Of a DNA stretch of 64,000 nt, positions 59,991 through 64,000 are shown piece after piece. The translations under genes and the position numbers were made by a program. Source of the stretch: Candidatus Omnitrophota bacterium (GTDB taxonomy: Bacteria; Omnitrophota; Gorgyraeia; VGKH01); contig JAKLEP010000002.1 of assembly GCA_022703055.1 (NCBI GenBank), positions 160,480 to 224,479 on the forward strand, written 5' to 3'. Position 1 is the stretch's first letter. Each line of letters starts with the position of its first letter. The notes under the pieces are model-generated. The model worked only from the letters and a program-made list of their open reading frames with translations, did not search any database and was not told the DNA's origin.

Positions 59991-60030
59991 AACAAAAAAT
60001 CCAGACCATAGCTTTCAAGCGTACGTCTGG
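59991..60030 (-). terminator. Intrinsic terminator forming the riboswitch expression platform
   Basis: The minus strand reads CCAGACGTACGCTTGAAAGCTATGGTCTGG (outer 6-bp CCAGAC/GTCTGG stem plus inner TA and GC pairs) followed directly by ATTTTTTGTT. It lies between the aptamer and the pilin start. Confidence 0.6.
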
Positions 60031-60054
60031 ATTTCTCCATTCAAAACTTAACCT

Positions 60055-60146
60055 CGTTATCGGTACGCTCGGCTGCCATGGAATTACTTCTTTAGGCCCG
60101 AAACTTTGCGCCCCCGTCTTTCGACGGGTTTGCCCCCGCCATAAAC
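60055..60146 (-). promoter_or_regulatory. c-di-GMP-I (GEMM-I) riboswitch aptamer
   Basis: The minus strand reads GTTTATGGCGGGGGCAAACCCGTCGAAAGACGGGGGCGCAAAGTTTCGGGCCTAAAGAAGTAATTCCATGGCAGCCGAGCGTACCGATAACG. It matches the Vc2-type core GGGCAAACC-N4-GAAA-N4-GGGACGCAAAGCC..CGGCCTAAA....TACCGA, including the P2 GNRA hairpin CCGTC-GAAA-GACGG. It forms a GC-rich island in an AT-rich 476-nt gap. Confidence 0.85.
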
Positions 60147-60377
60147 TATGGCGGACCCCTGTCGGGGTTTTCGGATATTTCTACCCTTTACTAATGAATC
60201 ACTTTTTCTACTAAAAGATTACCATATATTCTCTGTTTTACAAGAGGGAAGGCTGCCTTTGAGAAAACGTTTTCTTATCTTCGCTTAAACCTATGTATAT
60301 CAGCATGTTAAGACATAATACCAACAAAAATAATTAAAAAAATTAGCAATTTATATACAAAAAAATCGGTTTTAGAC

Positions 60378-60406
60378 AAATAAAAAACCGCCTGTTTTTA
60401 GGCGGT
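60378..60406 (-). terminator. Rho-independent terminator downstream of hflX
   Basis: The minus strand reads ACCGCCT-AAAAAC-AGGCGGT (perfect 7-bp stem) followed by TTTTTTATTT, 59 nt after the hflX stop. Confidence 0.8.
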
Positions 60407-60464
60407 CGAGAAATATAAGGATATGTTTTTTCTACTTAAATCTTATCAAGGACTTAGCGATAAA

Positions 60465-61718
60465 TCATACCTGCTTATGATAAGTCGATAATTTTTTAGC
60501 CGTAACTATCGGCAAACTAGCTTTTATATTTGCTCCATCGGCATTATAATCTATACTGTATACTTCACCCTCGCGATAGATTTGATCAACCAAATCCATG
60601 CGGTTTATAGGAATAAATAAATCTATCACTGTAATCAAAGCTGAAAGTTCGGTTTCGATTTTCTCAAGAAGCTGCTCAATATTTTCTTTCTTCAATGCCG
60701 ATACGGCCACGGGATTAATGAAGTCTCTCTTCAGCCTCTCAATCCAGCCCCTGTCTTCAAGCTTGTCGATTTTGTTTAAAACCGTAACGATTGGTTTATC
60801 GTCAGCGCCAAGCTCTTTTAATACTTCATAAACTGCCTTGTTATGTTCATAACATCTGGCATGGCTTACATCCAAAACATGCAACAATAGATCGGATTCC
60901 TTAACCTCTTCCAAAGTCGCCTTGAATGCCTCGATTAGATGGTGCGGCAGGTGGCTCAAAAATCCGACGGTATCAGAAATGACTATCTTCTGATGGTTAG
61001 AAAGAGCGAGGCTTCTTGACAATGAATCAAGCGTAGTAAATAGACTGTCTCTTACGTGTTGCTCCGAACCGGTAAGCGTGTTTAAAAGCGTGGATTTTCC
61101 AGCATTTGTATAACCTACTAAAGCCACCGATGGGATATGTTTCTCTTTTCGTTTCTTTCTGGTGTTCTCGCGATGTTTCGTTAAATCTGATAAGTCTTTT
61201 CTTAATTTATCGATGCGTTTTCTGATGCGCCTGCGGTCAACTTCAAGCTTCTGCTCGCCTGGGCCTCTGGTCCCAATCCCACCGCCAAGCCTAGAAAGAA
61301 TGATACCTTTACCGGTAAGCCGCGGCAATAAGTATTCAAGCTGAGCAAGCTCTACCTGGATTTTTCCTTCCTGGCTTTTGGCATGCTGGGCAAAGATATC
61401 AAGAATAAGCTGGGTTCTGTCAATAATCTTAATTTTGATTATCTCTTCTAGATTTCTCTGCTGTGTGCCGCTAATATCGTCGTCAAAGATAACCGTATCG
61501 GCTGAATTCCCTTCGGCAATCATGGCGATTTCTTCCGCTTTGCCTTTGCCGATGAACATCCCCGGAGTCGGCTCCTGCCGCATACAAATAACCTTCTCAG
61601 TGACCCCAGCGCCTGCGGTATGGGTCAATTCTTCGAGTTCGGCAAGCGAATCCTCGGGGTTTAGCTTCTTAAAATGCTTGTCTTTAAAATCTACGCTGAC
61701 TAATATTGCCTTTTCCAT
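60465..61718 (-). CDS. hflX: GTPase HflX
   Basis: HflX N-terminal domain (LAELEELTHTAGA...), then G-domain motifs GYTNAGKST, DTVGF, NKID; 417 aa. Confidence 0.93.
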   Translation of the reverse strand: MEKAILVSVDFKDKHFKKLNPEDSLAELEELTHTAGAGVTEKVICMRQEPTPGMFIGKGKAEEIAMIAEGNSADTVIFDDDISGTQQRNLEEIIKIKIIDRTQLILDIFAQHAKSQEGKIQVELAQLEYLLPRLTGKGIILSRLGGGIGTRGPGEQKLEVDRRRIRKRIDKLRKDLSDLTKHRENTRKKRKEKHIPSVALVGYTNAGKSTLLNTLTGSEQHVRDSLFTTLDSLSRSLALSNHQKIVISDTVGFLSHLPHHLIEAFKATLEEVKESDLLLHVLDVSHARCYEHNKAVYEVLKELGADDKPIVTVLNKIDKLEDRGWIERLKRDFINPVAVSALKKENIEQLLEKIETELSALITVIDLFIPINRMDLVDQIYREGEVYSIDYNADGANIKASLPIVTAKKLSTYHKQV

Positions 61719-61722
61719 ATTA

Positions 61723-62643
61723 TTAATTTAAACAAGATTTTATCTTTCTTGCAACCGAAACCGGTTTTTTGCCGCTAATTTCAATCCAGCGGATTCTTTT
61801 TTCTTTTCTAAACCAGGTCAACTGCCTCTTGGCGTAATGGCGGGTATTGCGCTTAATCAATTCCCTGGCTCTTTCCTCCGTATATCTACTGTTTAGGAAA
61901 TCCCTTATCTCCCTTATGCCGATAATTTTTGCCGCCGTCAGGCTAAGCTTCTTCTTCAAAGCCCTTTTTATCTCCCCAACTAATCCTTTTTCAAACATCT
62001 CATCGACGCGCCGGTTTATATTGTCGTAAAGTTTATCTCGATTGATATTCAAGCCAAATAACTTTATATCATAATCTTTGGCAATCCCGCAAGCCTGCTT
62101 TTGCATTTGCGAAATTGGTTTATTGGTGGTCTCGTAAACCTCGAGCGCCCTGACTATGCGGCGTAAATCATGAGGATGAATCTTTCCTGCCGCCTCAGGG
62201 TCAATTCTCTCCAGGCGTTTAAACAAATAATTATTCCCGTATTTCTTAGCCAGGCTATATAACCGTCTGCGTATTTTTATGTCTGATTTGCCTTCCTCAA
62301 AAACACCGTCCAGCATAACCTTCATATAGAGACCGCTTCCGCCGACGATTAAAGGCATCTTTCCTTTTGCATGAATCTTCTCTATCGCCTTCAGAGCTTG
62401 TTTGCTAAAGTCGGAAACATTATAATTATCCTCAATCGAAACGATATCAACCAAATGATGAGGAATCCTCTTGCGTATTGATTTGGGGATTTTATCACTT
62501 ATAATATTCAATTCTTTATATACCTGCATGGAATCGCAAGAGATGATTTCGCCATTTATAATTTTAGCTAGCTCTAAAGCAATTTTCGATTTCCCCACTG
62601 CCGTGGGGCCAACAAGAAAAATTATCTTCTTTTTTTGAGTCAT
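61723..62643 (-). CDS. miaA: tRNA dimethylallyltransferase
   Basis: IIFLVGPTAVGKSKIALELA P-loop, SCDSMQVYKELNI, GGSGLY motifs; 306 aa. Confidence 0.93.
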   Translation of the reverse strand: MTQKKKIIFLVGPTAVGKSKIALELAKIINGEIISCDSMQVYKELNIISDKIPKSIRKRIPHHLVDIVSIEDNYNVSDFSKQALKAIEKIHAKGKMPLIVGGSGLYMKVMLDGVFEEGKSDIKIRRRLYSLAKKYGNNYLFKRLERIDPEAAGKIHPHDLRRIVRALEVYETTNKPISQMQKQACGIAKDYDIKLFGLNINRDKLYDNINRRVDEMFEKGLVGEIKRALKKKLSLTAAKIIGIREIRDFLNSRYTEERARELIKRNTRHYAKRQLTWFRKEKRIRWIEISGKKPVSVARKIKSCLN

Positions 62644-62649
62644 TAATTT

Positions 62650-63405
62650 TTAGGGATAGATCCTGGTGGGATAATCTTTTAAGGCCAGCGCCGCTTGAAG
62701 CGCCTCGGCATCGTAGCGTTTATCTAATTTTCCGACTCTGACACGGTAAATCTTCTTTCCATCTTCGGTATTGGCAGCAGTAATATAAGCTTCAAAACCG
62801 TCGTTTTTTAACTTGTCATTTAACTGCTGCGCCGAACTTTGATTAATAAAAGCTGCTACCTGAACAGTAAAGAATTCTTCGCGTGAGATAAGCTCATCAG
62901 ACTGTTTTGCTTCAAGGCTATTAGGAAATTTTTCCTTTAACTGCTTAAGGTAATTTTTTGCGATCTGCCAATTGCCCAATTTCAGGTCTGTCTGGCCAAG
63001 CCTAAAGTAAGCAAGATGTAATATATCTGAATTGGGATAGGTTTCTATAAAAGACTTGTATACCTCTGCGGCTTTAGTATAATTATCCTCCAGAAAAAAA
63101 CAATCTCCCGTCGCTAAAAATGCTCGCTGGAGGAATGCACCGCCGGGGAATTTATCGACTATTGTCCGGAAATCATCCCTGGCATCTTTATAGGAACCGA
63201 GCCTCATACGGCTCAAGCCCAGGTAAAAATATGCCTCCTCAGCCTCTTTAGCGGAAGAAATATTATCAAGGACATTAATGGCCTCCTCCGCGGCTTTCTG
63301 GTATTCTTTATCCAGATAATAGCTGTGCACATCTTCAATGCCGGAAAAACTCGCTCCTGTAAAAACTAACAGTAAAAGTAAAGTTGCAATTATTATCTTT
63401 AGCAT
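62650..63405 (-). CDS. TPR-repeat protein with C-terminal SPOR (peptidoglycan-binding) domain
   Basis: Signal/anchor MLKIIIATLLLLLVF and TPR-like AEEAYFYLGLS / YTKAAEVYKSFIETYPNS / LAYFRLGQ repeats. The C-terminal FTVQVAAFINQSSAQQLNDKLKNDGFEAYI...YRVRVGKL is typical of SPOR. Confidence 0.7.
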   Translation of the reverse strand: MLKIIIATLLLLLVFTGASFSGIEDVHSYYLDKEYQKAAEEAINVLDNISSAKEAEEAYFYLGLSRMRLGSYKDARDDFRTIVDKFPGGAFLQRAFLATGDCFFLEDNYTKAAEVYKSFIETYPNSDILHLAYFRLGQTDLKLGNWQIAKNYLKQLKEKFPNSLEAKQSDELISREEFFTVQVAAFINQSSAQQLNDKLKNDGFEAYITAANTEDGKKIYRVRVGKLDKRYDAEALQAALALKDYPTRIYP

Positions 63406-64000
63406 CTTTTCCCCTTAGAAATACTTTTTTGCAAATCTAACAATACTTTGTGGCGCCTTTCTTTTTCCCTTAATGGCACGTCGTCAGCCATTTTTTCTGC
63501 TTCGGTATGCGGCCGGGGAGAATATTTAAAAATATAGGCGCTGTCAAACTGAATTTCTTTGAATAAATCGCAAGTTTTCTTAAAATCTTCTTCTGTCTCG
63601 GTAGGGAACCCCACTATAACATCAGTTGAAAGCTGTCCGCCGACAATCCTGCGATATTCACCAGCTAACTTTCTGTAATGCGAGGCATCGTAGCCCCGAT
63701 TCATCATTTTTAATATTCTATCAGAACCTGACTGAACTGGCAAATGCAAAGATTTCTTTATCTTTTCTAAATCCCGCATTGCAGGAAGCAATCCTTCCGA
63801 TAAATCCTTTGGATGCGAAGTCAAGAAACTGAATTGTTTTAGCTCTTTAATATCGTTTACAATTTTAAGCAATTTGACAAAGTCAACATCGTCATATCTA
63901 TAGGAATTTACATTTTGACCGAGGAGCGTAACATCTTTTATCCCTAAGGCGATTGTATGGTTGATTTCATCAAGTATGTCTTTAAAATTGCGGCAATGGA
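63399..64000 (-). CDS. miaB: tRNA-2-methylthio-N6-dimethylallyladenosine synthase MiaB, 3' part (gene enters from the right window edge)
   Basis: The track ORF starts at an internal TTG. The frame stays open to position 64000 and reads ...HCRNFKDILDEINHTIALGIKDVTLLGQNVNSYRYDDVDFVKLLKIVNDI..., then LHLPVQSGSDRILKMMNRGY and the TRAM-proximal region. It lies adjacent to miaA. Confidence 0.85.
   Translation of the reverse strand, partial: HCRNFKDILDEINHTIALGIKDVTLLGQNVNSYRYDDVDFVKLLKIVNDIKELKQFSFLTSHPKDLSEGLLPAMRDLEKIKKSLHLPVQSGSDRILKMMNRGYDASHYRKLAGEYRRIVGGQLSTDVIVGFPTETEEDFKKTCDLFKEIQFDSAYIFKYSPRPHTEAEKMADDVPLREKERRHKVLLDLQKSISKGKRC

Noticed and set aside
60000-60180. GC-rich structured block first considered as tmRNA, RNase P RNA, SRP or 6S RNA
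   Set aside because: There is no tRNA-like 3' end or tag ORF (tmRNA), no GAGGAAAGTCC-type RNase P core and no SRP domain IV motif. The sequence matches the GEMM-I core instead.
59804-60214. 136-aa plus-strand ORF spanning the pilin 5' end and the intergenic region
   Set aside because: It is antisense to the pilin gene, the terminator and the GEMM-I aptamer. Its low-complexity translation (TTTSLYTGTAIPTETPSITTTT...) is what the reverse complement of those elements would be expected to give.
60181-60377. Promoter for the riboswitch unit (for example TTGTAA-16-TAATCT on the minus strand near 60205..60232)
   Set aside because: Several weak hexamer pairs can be found in this very AT-rich stretch and none is convincing. 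A promoter must exist here, but I cannot place it from sequence alone.

Overview
AT-rich 64-kb window in which every credible gene (about 55) lies on the minus strand, and many are joined by ATGA or TAATG stop/start overlaps. LptD, a GT9 heptosyltransferase and GmhB point to a diderm bacterium. The lineage cannot be fixed without a database search; the compact layout and giant adhesin recall uncultivated Omnitrophota/PVC-like genomes, which is inference only. All calls rest on motif recognition in the supplied translations and on manual reading of the DNA; no searches were run.

Layout, left to right:
1. 1-5 kb: alpha-glucan and central-carbon genes. Two adjacent GH57 genes (one truncated by the window edge and absent from the ORF track), a DUF2934 protein, gap, and two tandem GalT-like paralogs.
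2. 5-7.8 kb: fmt and a PriA homolog whose helicase motifs are degenerate.
3. 7.8-35.7 kb: a roughly 26-kb LPS/surface-glycan cluster ending in lptD. It holds GT2/GT4/GT9/GT28 transferases, gmhB, manC, gmd, an E1/ColD-type 3-dehydrase, fcl/colC-like, ugd, UDP-xylose synthase, a TviB/TviC-like pair, a Wzx-like flippase and a B12-radical SAM enzyme.
4. 35.7-42.9 kb: ROK kinase, two tandem GGDEF cyclases, a MalK-like ATPase, accD, DUF1015, VanZ and an FmdB zinc ribbon.
5. 42.9-47.7 kb: hrcA-grpE-dnaK-dnaJ with two CIRCE elements, preceded by an HspR-like MerR gene with a near-consensus promoter.
6. 47.8-60.2 kb: the most interesting part. This terminator-bracketed unit is led by a GEMM-I (c-di-GMP-I) riboswitch and a terminator-type expression platform. 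It encodes a type IV pilin-like protein and a 2863-aa secreted protein (FG-GAP propeller, cadherin-like domains, nine 133-aa tandem repeats, beta-helix, C-terminal Hint/BIL domain). Two paralogous fibre-like secreted proteins with divergent Cys-rich C-termini follow.
7. 60.4-64 kb: hflX, miaA, a TPR-SPOR protein and the 3' part of miaB.

No rRNA, tRNA, CRISPR array, transposase or integrase was seen.
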